The notes under the pieces were generated by a model that was not told the origin of the DNA, did not search any database, and worked only from the letters and a program-made list of their open reading frames with translations. From Macrostomum lignano (taxonomy: Eukaryota): DNA of 64,000 bases. The DNA lies in NCBI GenBank assembly GCA_002269645.1, contig NIVC01000702.1, positions 405,284 through 469,283 of the forward strand. The letters run 5' to 3'. A program made the position numbers and the translations under genes. Shown here piece after piece: positions 39,490 to 51,100 of the stretch (positions are counted from its first letter, which is position 1; the number at the start of each line of letters is the position of its first letter).

Positions 39490-41693
39490 AACAATTTGTT
39501 CTGAAAAAGTTTCACAAGGAGATAAGGTTTGAAGAATCAATCAAGAGGCCAATGACAAACCAATTAGAATTGTATATAAAAAAAATTTAATGTAGGGACC
39601 CTAGGCCCCTATGATTTTAAATAAAAATTATAATATAAGGCCTAGGCCCTATATATAGGCCTATAATTATAAAGTTGTGCCATTGTGGATTTTCTGATAC
39701 AAAGTAGACAATATTAGGCCTAATTGGGCCTAGTCTAGTCTAGTTTTGATTATAGACTGTATATTAGATACAAAGGACATGAAAGGTCTCGAAATTAAGT
39801 ACCAATTACCATAATATACTATTATTTTTTATTATTTTGAAACTGTCAGCCTACCATGTGATTTTTATCATTAGGCTATGGCCTAGGTCTAGGATGCCAC
39901 TTTAGACTAGGCCTTTGGCTTTGGTTAGGCCAACCTATCATTATAAAAATGCAGCAAAATATCATTCAAAAATATACATCTAACCCCTATAGGTTATCTT
40001 TGCATCCCAAATATAATATATAATAGGGTTTCTATTTTCTAATATATCTACAAATACAATTTTCACTGAAGGAGTGAAGATCAAAATTAGCATGTCAAAA
40101 AACCTTACAAGCCACCGAATTTTAAAACTAGCTACCAAAAGTGGAACTGGAAGTATATAGCTAAGAAAAAACATAAACATAAACATAGCACATAGTGACA
40201 CATAATGAAATGATGACAACATGCAAGAGTGACAGAGTCCTCTTAGAAAGGAAAAATAGGCCTAGTAATTTATGTTTATGGGAAGTTAAGTCCGTAATTA
40301 ACTAAACCGAAACAAAATGGCCAACAAAATTGCTGGTAATATATTCAAAGCAATTTGTAGGTGAAGATTTTAACAAATTTATTAAACTATTTTTTGTATT
40401 TACAATTTCGCTTTTATTAAATATATTTAAAACTTTATTAGATATACATAAAATAGCCTGAAATTTTTTATAAGCTTAGTTATTTATTTTCCCGTATGAA
40501 CTCCCTGACATGGATGATTTTACCATGGAAAGTTTTAAAAATCCATGGATGAAAATACCATGAACATGCATGATTTATCAATGGATCATGGATCATAGAT
40601 GATTTATCCATGATAAGAGAGTAGGGCAACAACAACAACAACAACAAAGCTGTACACTAGTCTCTAGTGTCACAGGGCGCGTCTCAAGGCCAGAGTGCGA
40701 TCATAGGCCGTTCCGCCGGCAGAGTCCGGGGCGCCAGCGTCAGCTCTCCAATATCTCTCCTATATATCTCTCCAAGTTTGTCAATCATATTGCGACATAT
40801 AACTAGTCGACAAAGTGGTTTAAAACCTATACGTTATGTCAAAAGTTTTGAACGTTGTGCAATCGGGTCCTAATTTTTTCTCTCGCGCTTAGCCCCCACC
40901 CTTCCAGCCTGCCCCTCCAGTTTTCTGAATCAGTGCGTACACTCGCACTTTCCCTACCGTACCGTAAATTAATTACTTAAACTATTTAATATTCAGAGGT
41001 AAAAATGCGCCCTTCGATAAATGCATGTACATGTGTAAATTTACTGCAGTTGTTGTCTGTGAAGCAAACGCCGCCTCCGCTTTCTCTAACGTTGGCTATT
41101 GTAAAAATAAAACTACCAGAGCAAGTATAACCGTACACAGTACCGGTATACAGTATCTGAAAATTCTGTATAGCTCTATGTGCCGCTTTTCATCAAAAGA
41201 TCGATCACAATGTGTCTCTCATCAGAATATAGCGACAAATACTACAGTTGAATTGAGCTAAACTGCACGTAGGTGCATCGTAGCTACAGAAGGAAAGAAG
41301 ATCGGTGCTCATTTCTCTGCTCATATACTTATTTATACCCTATTGTGCGCTCACTCAAGATTTAGCGAAAAAAATTTCACCCAGTCTCTCTTTCCCATCA
41401 TCTCTCCAAGCTTCTATTATCCGAAATTCTCAGCTCTCAGTCTCCCACTCGTGCACAAAGCAGTGAGATGTTTTCTTTCTGAAGAAAATTAAAAGCAACA
41501 GTTTACGTATAGAGCATTTAAATTGAAGAGAGCAGAAAGACCGGGTCGAGAACGGAGTTGCACCAGCTCACTGTGAGAAATAGAATAACTGTTTTGTTAT
41601 AAACTGCAATACAGTTACAAAAAGAAAACAGCTCGATCATCTAGTTAGCTCGTTATTATCGGAAACCAACAAAATATTAACAGCAACAATTTA

Positions 41694-44600
41694 ATGGCCG
41701 CGAGGAAGCGAGCTCAGGAGCGCGACTACAACCGCCGCAGATGGTTAATCCTCGACAAAGGCTTGGAGATGGCCTACAATCAGAAGGGCACAGCCCTTGG
41801 CGATTGCCTGCTAAAATGGAATGTCCGCGAGGAGACGCTGCTGCAGAGAAGACAGCGGCTGTTGAAGAAACAGAGCGACATCAGCGTGGGCGAACGTGAG
41901 CAGGAGAAGAAGCTGTTTGTGGTGCTCCGCGATCAGGCCATTCGAGAGCCGACTCTGTTGCTGGAGAGAACTCCCAGTGCTGAGCAGTTTCCGGGATATG
42001 TGGATCTCAAACAGCCTCGGTGAGTAACTAATTAGCTGGCTAATTGTTGGGGGAAGTTAAAATGTAAAACAATAAACATAATTATGGATTTTTTTTGGTT
42101 TCAATTTTACAGTACAGTGTATGTACAAATTCCATCGTTCCATACTAATTATCATTGTCTTTACTACAGTGCCCCCTATCCCTGCAGTGCCCCCTATCCC
42201 CTATCCCTGCAGTGCCCAATCCCTGCAGTGCCCCTTTCCCTACAGTGCCCCCAATCCCTGCAGTGCCCCTATCCCTACAGGCCCCTATCCCTGCAGTGCC
42301 CCCTATCCCTGCAGTGCCCCTATCCCTGCTGTGCCCCTTTCCCTGCAGTGCCCCCTTTCCCTGCAGTGCCCCCAATCCCTGCAGTGCCCCCAATCCCTAC
42401 AGTGCACTTATTCCTACAGTGCCCCTATCCCTGCTGTGCCCCTTTCCCTGCAGTGCCCCCAATCCCTACAGTGCACTTATTCCTACAGTGCCCCTATCCC
42501 TGCTGTGCCCCTTTCCCTGCAGTGCCCCCAATCCCTACAGTGCACTTATTCCTACAGTGCCCCCAATCCCTACAGTGCCCCTATCCCTACAGTGCCCCCA
42601 ATCCCTGCAGTGCCCCTATCCCTACAGTGCCCCCAATCCCCACAGAACTCCCCTATCCCTGCAACGTCATGCACCCCACATTGCAGGTAGATGCGTCCCC
42701 TGGACTCTCGCCAAACGAAGACCCCCGAGTTCAGCACATTCAGCGTGTTCCAAGCTGTAAAGAAGCGCAAAAGAAATCCCTGGGAAGAGGCGGTCAAAGA
42801 GAGTGTGCAGTTCCGGCCGACCCTGTGTCCGTGCGCTCGGCTGAGCCGTCAGGATACGGACAAACTCGTCATGGACTGGGCGCTGGTCAACGAGAAACAG
42901 ACAAAAGCACTTGGGTTGAGGGTGAGAATTTTAACGAAACTATTACAGCTTCATTAACAGGACATGTGATTCCAAAATGATCCTGATCGCTTCATCTTGG
43001 TTCTGGTGACCTTATAATGATACTAATGACCTCACAATGATTCTGATGACCCCATAATAATTCTGATGACCCCATAATGATGCACACAGTCGGACAACCG
43101 GTCTGCCCCGGTAAAACAAGTTCGCACCGGTTTAAACCCGCTGAACCTGCCGCCGAGACTCAACTCGCAGCTGCACCTGCTGGCGAACGACCTGCTCGAT
43201 GGCATCTCCACTCCGGGCTACACGGAGGATGATGAAGAAGAATCGCTGCGCAGTGACCCGCTGGAGGTCGAGGAGCCGCAACCTGATGAAGCAGAGCCAG
43301 TGTTCGTTACCCAGCTGCCGCAGAGCCAACTGCAACCGCGGCGGTCGCAGGTGAAATCCGGGGCAACTCAGCAGCCTCAGCAGCAGCAGGAGCCTCATCA
43401 TCACGATTTGCTGCTGTTTGAAGCTCGGGACGATACTAAGAAAGTGAAACAGGTGTGTTATTGACATATGCTGCCTTGCTTGATTTATGGTCTATCGCTC
43501 GGGTGCCCATTTAAGCTGAAGGAATTACAGTCATGACCCAATCAAGGACGACTTAAGTAGAAGGAGAGACTTCGTTTCTAGGAAAATTTTAGGAGGCAGG
43601 ATTTACCGAAAAAATACGTTACGGAGATAGAAAGTTTTCATTTTTTCAGCACAAAAATTGTTATTGTTTTCTATAGGAGGCAGACCCAATGTCCATCTTT
43701 AGATATGTTGTGCTTTTCGTTCTGAAAATTAGGATTCGATGTTAATTTTTTATTCTACGTACAATTGTACATGTCCTGTTCTTAAAAACCATTAAAATTC
43801 CACGGCATAAATCTATTTTATGATTCTTAGCTGACTGTGGAACAGAGGCCATAAAACCCATTAGTCGAACTCTGCAATGCATTTTTATGATTCTTAGCTG
43901 ACTGTGGAACAGAGGTCATAAACCAATTAGTCGAACTCTGCAATGCACTTTTATGATTCTTAGCTGACTGTGGAACAGAGGTCATAAACCAATTAGTCGA
44001 ACTCTGCAATGCACTTTTATGATTCTTAGCTGACTGTGGAACAGAGGTCATAAACCAATTAGTCGAACTCTGCAATGCATTTTTATGATTCTTAGCTGAC
44101 TGTGGAACAGAGGTCATAAACCAATTAGTCGAACTCTGCAATGCATTTTTATGATTCTTAGCTGACTGTGGAACAGAGGTCATAAACCAATTAGTCGAAC
44201 TCTGCAATGCATTCGATGATTTTTAGGTACAGGGAATTTACGTAGAATAAGAAATTACATAATAGAATCCTAATTATCTAAAGGAAAAGCTTTGTGAATA
44301 TCAATACAGCTGTAAAAAAGGCACAAAATATCAAAAGAGGAGCATTGGGTCTGCCTCCTATCGAAAGCAATAACAATTTTTTGATGAAAAATCAAAACTT
44401 CCTATCTCCGTAGTGTATTTCTTCGGAAAAGCCTGCCTACCTAAAATTTTCTAAGAAACGATCGCGGTTTCCCGTCCTTCTTACTTGAGTTGTCATTGGA
44501 CCCAATTTGAACACTTTTGACTTGACTCAGCTGCAGGGGGTTCTAAGCAACTGAGTACACCGGGACTCGGGAGCTGCTCGTTGTGGTGTCGCGCAGGGAG

Positions 44601-45330
44601 ATCCGGTGGTGCCGCGGTGTCTGCAGCGTGGTCCCCCTCCGGACAGTCCAGGAGGTGGATGGTCGCAATAGATAATCAAGATCAACAATTTATTGTTTTA
44701 CACGAAACAGCAGCTACGGTCTAGACAATTAACTTGTGCAGTTGCTACTGAGTAAACAGGTAAAAAGTAGTATGTTTCAGGTTAAAACATTTCTAATTAT
44801 CTCCAGCGGCCATCACAAATCCGCAGGCGGAGCACAGGCAACAAGTGGAGGGCGCCCTGGTGAACATCTACAGCATGCTGGATCAGCGGCGCGCTGATGG
44901 GCGACCGCGGATTCGTCAGGGACCCGGCGCCGGCCGCTCGAGAATCACCTACGCACACAGACAGGTGCCGTCAGCTACTGGCGCCTCAACGACGGAGCTG
45001 CAATCAACGACAGCGGCAACTCCGTCGGCTTCGATTTCAATTTCAACATCGGCTCGACTGTCCAGAGTGTCGACGGCGGCCTCGGCGGGTCCGCCTGGCC
45101 AGCGGGACAGTCGCGTTGTAGTTGTCCGGTTGCCGGGACAACCGGACAGTCAGGCTAGGGAGATTCGGACAACTTGCCGGACAGAGGAAAGCATCCGCAT
45201 CCTCATGGAGGCCAGGAGGCCGCGGACGGAGCTGCAGCGTCATCAGCATCGTCGGCGCCAGCTTCGCGAGGCTGTGCCCAGCGCCGCGGCTGACGAAGGT
45301 GAACCCGACGGAGCGAAGAGCCAAGCGTGA
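41694..45330 (+). CDS. Uncharacterised protein; probable exons 41694-42019, 42687(or 42735)-42921, 43171-43452, 44827-45330
   Basis: GC-rich codon-like segments bounded by GTGAG/GTGTG donors and CAG acceptors. Junctions GLR|LHLL and VKQ|AEHR are in frame. No family recognised. The first junction is ambiguous because of an in-frame TAG at 42688. Confidence 0.6.
42165..42660. repeat. ~19-bp C-rich array CCCTGCAGTGCCCCTAT, intron 1 of the unknown gene
   Basis: Direct reading. Confidence 0.9.
43535..44503. mobile_element. Old MITE-like element with ~190-bp diverged TIRs and an internal ~66-bp tandem array
   Basis: 43537-43735 is the reverse complement of ~44320-44500 (shared blocks GAAAATTTTAGG, TACGGAGATAG, AAAAATTGTTATTG, ATAGGAGGCAGACCCAATG). 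TSD not resolved. Confidence 0.7.
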
Positions 45331-45363
45331 TTAAAAAACCGTTGGCAGATAAACACTGACAGA

Positions 45364-45550
45364 TGACTTTATTTATCGTTAGGCATGTAGGCTTCACTGT
45401 GCCCTGGGGGGTTGGCCATCAAGGCCGTTAATTGCACGAGCAGAGCCAAGCCGAGATTCCAGTTCAGCCCCAAATTAATGCGACTGCACTTGGAATCGAG
45501 CCTGGGCCGCTGGCACATCAGGGCTCCCATCTGCCATTTCTGGGCTGAAG
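45364..45550 (-). mobile_element. tRNA-derived SINE-like repeat, copy A
   Basis: B-box-like GGCTCGATTCC, A-box-like TGGCAGATGG and 3' AAATAAAG. 45364-45524 is homologous to 55487-55647 in the opposite orientation. Confidence 0.6.
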
Positions 45551-45799
45551 AGCCGGTACATAGATAGAAGCGATAACATTGCTATCAGCGTTGCCTAATG
45601 ATAAATAATTAATTATGCTAAGACTAACCCCGAAACAGACTGCACTGCAAACCCTAATAAATTGCCTAATATTTGAAAACAAACAAGTCTCGATTATTCC
45701 AAATATTATTATAGAAACCTTTGACTTCGCTGCGATAAAACCTACATGTAATATAACGGTATTGATTACAGGACTGATTTCTCAGCAGGTTTAATGGCA

Positions 45800-46300
45800 A
45801 TTCTCAGGGTGATGTAAGGGTGATTCTCAGGGTGATGTAGGGTGATTCTCAGGGTGATTTAGGGTGATTCTCAGGGTGAGTTAGGGGTGATTCTCAGAGT
45901 GATGTAGGGGTGATTCTCAGGGTGATTTAGGGATGATTCTCGGTGATTTAGGGTGATTCTTAGGGTGATGTAGGGGTGATTCTCAGGGTGATTCTCAGGG
46001 TGATGTAGGGGTGATTCTTAGGGTGATTTAGGGTGATTCTCAGGGTGAGTTAGGGGTGATTCTCAGAGTGATGTAGGGGTGATTCTCAGGGTGATTTAGG
46101 GGTGATTCTCAGGGTGATTTAGGGTGATTCTCAGAGTGATGTAGGGGTGATTCTCAGAGTGATGTAGGGGTGATTCTCAGAGTGATGTAGGGGTGATTCT
46201 CAGAGTGATTTGGGGGTGATTCTCAGGGTGATTAAGGGGTGATTCTCAGAGTGATGTAGGGGTGATACTCAGGGTGATTTAGGGGTGATTGTCAGGGTAG
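45800..46300. repeat. GGGTGATTCTCAGGGTGATGTAG array
   Basis: Direct reading; related to the 51845-52420 array. Confidence 0.9.
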
Positions 46301-47544
46301 AATGAGGCAATATTCATTGCAATTAAAATGTGTCCAACATAAAAGTACACAGACAGAAACTTGTATCGAAATATTTACTCGATACAGATAAATTAGATAA
46401 ATGAAGTGCAGCAGCAAAAGTGCGTATTGCTGGATGGAAAATGACAAACAAATTATCAGATCATGCTGTGTATAATTTTTAACTTCGTTTGTTTTTCATG
46501 TACAAAAAGAAAAAAAAACAGATAAGAACATAATAATATACATACTCGATATAAAAATTAATAGTTTATTACAAAAATACAGTCGTTTAAACAAATTATT
46601 GTTGATAGATAAAATAAGAAGAACTGCTATTGAGCATAGGCTAATTCTATTCATAATTTTGAGAAAAATATATCTAATTGTAATATTAGGACGATTAATT
46701 AATTAATTATTAGAACACAGACGATTTATCTATTAGCTAAACTAATTCTGTTTGATTAAATTAGGCCAGACTAGCAATAAATTTGAAGTAAATTTATCAA
46801 TATTAATTTCATTACCACCGAAAGCCCTAGTGCATGGATAAATCAATAAATGTTTCCAATTTGAAATTGGAAAAAATTGGTAAACTTGCACACCTTTTTA
46901 ACAAAAAATCAATCAATGTTACACGTTAATAACATTACAGCAGGAGGTTGGAAAACAGTAAAAATATGTATATACACATTACTAAAAATATGTAAAACCA
47001 AAATATTAAATTGCAGAAAACATTGAAACATTTTACTTTTAATCGAATGGAAGCGAACTTAAAACTAAGTCTATTATTATTTTAGCTACTACGGTTGCAA
47101 AATTAATCAACTGAAGTGGAGGGAGTTCGGGGCGCTACTTAGACCGCAACAAACAGGAAACAGTCGCGATAAATATCGATTATTTTTCATGTAGGCTTTC
47201 TGCATTAAAAGCTGGAATAGGCAAAGTCTGCAGATCGATTAAAACAACCAATAAGAGATTCGAGAAAGTGCAGTCGGGTAATTATTTATGGAACACGATT
47301 GGGACTTTTCTGTTTAACGGAAGTACATTTTGTTACAGCCTTCGGCCAATGTTATTTACGAGCATTTCAGATTGGTTCCTTTCAAAACTTGAACCCAATA
47401 TAAAAGCCAAGCTCTTTAACCTGATCCGAAAATTATACAATTAAAGCTTGTTAGACCCAAGCTTGAATTTAAACTCAAAGACAAGCTCGAAATCTATTTT
47501 AAAACTCGATTCTAATTGGCTTAATAGTAAACTAGAATTCGAAT

Positions 47545-48122
47545 TGCGTGCGAACTCAAAGCTCGAACTCAAAGCTGGAACTCAAAGCTCGAACTCGAGC
47601 TCAAAAGCTCGAACTCGAAGCTCGAACTCGAACTTAAAAGCTCGAACTCGAAGCTCGAACTCGAACTTAAAAGCTCGAACTCGAAGCTCGAGCTCGAACT
47701 CAAAAGCTCGAACTCGAAGCTCGAACTTGAACTCAAAAGCTCGAACTCGAACTCAAAGCTAGAACTGGAACTCAAAGCTCGAACTACTCAAGGCTTGAAC
47801 TCAAAAACTCGAAGCTCGAACTCAAAAGCTCGAATTCGAAGCTCGAACTCGAAGCTCGAACTCGAACTCAAAGTTCGAACTCAAAGCTGGAACTCGAACT
47901 CAAAGCTCGAACTCGAACTCAAAGCTCGAACTCGAAATCAAAGCTCGAACTCGAACTCAAAGCTCGAACTCGAACTCAAAAGCTCGAAGTCGAAGCTCGA
48001 ACTCGAAGCTCGAACTCGAAGCTCGAACTCGAACTCAAAGCTAGAACTCAAATCTCGAATTCGAACTCAAAGCTAGAATTGGAACTCAAAGCTCGAACTC
48101 GAACTCAAAACTCGAACTCGCG
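47545..48122. repeat. TCGA/AGCT-rich array (GAACTCAAAGCTC / GAACTC) just 3' of the vav stop codon
   Basis: Direct reading. Confidence 0.9.
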
Positions 48123-48173
48123 ACCATAAAAAAGAAATGCCGCACCAAAGACCCCACCCCAGATAATTAATCG

Positions 48174-51100
48174 TCAAGCAGCGAATCCGCCAGCAGCAAA
48201 GAACTCTGTCCCAGGCGTAGACACCAGCTGTACAACTTCTGGAGAGAACACGCCAACCGAACCGTTGGCCCGCCGGCCTCGCCAAAGAGTGCCGTTGACC
48301 CCGGCCGGCTGGCACTGGCCCAGCAGGGTGACGGTCTCGCCAGCCACGAGAGCCAGATGTCCCGGGACGGCATAGTCCCGCAGCGCCAGGGCGTAGCCAA
48401 CAACGCTACTGCGTCTTGGAGTTGACGTGCCCAGCAGGGCGGCGCCAGATGCCGGTTGAGCAGTGCCGAGGCCGCTGCTCTGGCTGTTGCTTCTCGAGTA
48501 CACAGCAGGCGGCTGCTGCTGCTGCGTTGGAGGCGGAGGCGGCGGCGGCAACGGCCGAGGCAAATCCAGTTTGATCGGCCTGGCCAGAGTGGCGTCCAGA
48601 TCGGTGAAGCATTCGCACAACGAGTTGAGGCTATAGTGCTCCACTAGAGCTGGGATGCTGGGGAATGTCCTGATCTCGCCCAGGTAGTAACAGTTGGAGG
48701 CCTGGAGTGTGGAGTGTTGTGGAATTAATGAGCTATTAAAGTGCTTAAAGTGCTCAGTTAGACACTGAATAACATACGTGTTAGTACATTAAATAGCCTA
48801 CTTATTAACCTACTAATTAACCTACTAAATAACCCACACATTAACCTACTAAATAACCTACATATTAACCTACTAATTAACGTACTAAATAGCCTAACTC
48901 ATCAACCTACTCATTAACCTACAAATTAACGTAAGAAAAAGCCTACTCTATAACCTACTAAAAAACCCACTTATTAACCTACTAAATAACCTACACATTA
49001 ACCTACTAAATAACCTACCTATTAAGCTACTAATTAACCTACTAATTAACCTACTAAATAACCCACTTATTAACCTACTAAATAACCCACTTATTAACCT
49101 ACTAATTAACCTACTATTACCAACTAAATAACCCACACATTAAACTACTAAATAGCCTAACTCATCAACCTACTAAATAACCTACTAATTAACGTAAGAA
49201 AAAGCCTACTCTATAACCTACTAAAAAACCCACTTATTAACTTACAAAATAACCTACACATTAACCTACTAAATAACCTACCTATTAAGCTACTAATTAC
49301 CTACTAAATAACCCACTTACTAACCTACTAAATAACCAACTTATTAACCTACTAAATAACCCACTTATTAACCTACTAAATAACCCACTTACTAACCTAC
49401 TAAATAACCCACTTATTAACCTACTAAATAACCAACTTATTAACCTACTAAATAACCCACTTATTAACCTACTAAATAACCCACTTATTAACCTACTAAA
49501 TAACCCACTTACTAACCTACTAAATAACCCACTTATTAACCTACTAAATAACCCACTTACTAACCTACTAAATAACCCACTTATTAACCTACTAAATAAC
49601 CCACTTACTAACCTACTAAATAACCCACTTATTAACCTACTAAATAACCCACTTACTAACCTACTAAATAACCCACTTATTAACCTACTAAATAACCAAC
49701 TTATTAACCTACTAAATAACCCACTTACTAACCTCCTAAATAACCAACTTATTAACCTACTAAATAACCAACTTATTAACCTACTAAATAACTTACTTAT
49801 TAACCTACTAAATAACCCACTTATTAACCTACTAAATAACCCACTTACTAACCTACTAAATAACCAACTTATTAACCTACTAAATAACCCACTTATTAAC
49901 CTACTAAATAACCAACTCATAACCTACTAAATAACCCACTTACTAACCTACTAAATAACCCACTTATTAACCTACTAAATAACCCACTTATTAACCTACT
50001 AAATAACCCACTTACTAACCTACTAAATAACCAACTTATTAACCTACTAAATAACCAACTTATTAACCTACTAAATAACCCACTTATTAACCTACTAAAT
50101 AACCCACTTATTAACCTACTAAATAACCCACTTATTAACCTACTAAATAACCCACTTACTAACCTACTAAATAACCCACTTATTAACCTACTAAATAACC
50201 CACTTACTAACCTACTAAATAACCCACTTATTAACCTACTAAATAACCCACTTATTAACCTACTAAATAACCAACTTATTAACCTACTAAATAACCCACT
50301 TATTAACCTACTAAATAACCCACTTACTAACCTACTAAATAACCCACTTATTAACCTACTAAATAACCCACTTATTAACCTACTAAATAACCCACTTATT
50401 AACCTACTAAATAACCCACTTATTAACCTACTAAATAACCCACTTACTAACCTACTAAATAACCCACTTATTAACCTACTAAATAACCCACTTATTAACC
50501 TACTAAATAACCCACTTATTAACCTACTAAATAACCCACTTATTAACCTACTAAATAACCCACTTACTAACCTACTAAATAACCCACTTACTAACCTACT
50601 AAATAACCCACTTATTAACCTACTAAATAACCAACTTATTAACCTACTAAATAACCCACTTATTAACCTACTAAATAACCCACTTATTAACCTACTAAAT
50701 AACCAACTTATTAACCTACTAAATAACCCACTTATTAACCTACTAAATAACCCACTTACTAACCTACTAAATAACCAACTTATTAACCTACTAAATAACC
50801 AACTTATTAACCTACTAAATAACCAACTTATTAACCTACTAAATAACCCACTTACTAACCTACTAAATAACCCACTTATTAACCTACTAAATAACCAACT
50901 TATTAACCTACTAAATAACCCACTTATTAACCTACTAAATAACCCACTTACTAACCTACTAAATAACCCACTTACTAACCTACTAAATAACCCACTTACT
51001 AACCTACTAAATAACCCACTTACTAACCTACTAAATAACCCACTTACTAACCTACTAAATAACCCACTTACTAACCTACTAAATAACCAACTTATTAACC

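Larger units (their letters stand above)
33971..40626 (-). mobile_element. CMC/EnSpm (CACTA-like) DNA transposon, 6656 bp, full length with TIRs
   Basis: TIRs CCCTACTCTCcttgCATGGATAAATCAT (33971) and the reverse complement CCCTACTCTCttatCATGGATAAATCAT (ending 40626) match at 25/28 and fit the CMCWR terminal consensus. CA dinucleotide on both flanks (2-bp TSD). Dense CATGGA/TCCATG subterminal repeats; transposase inside. Confidence 0.9.
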
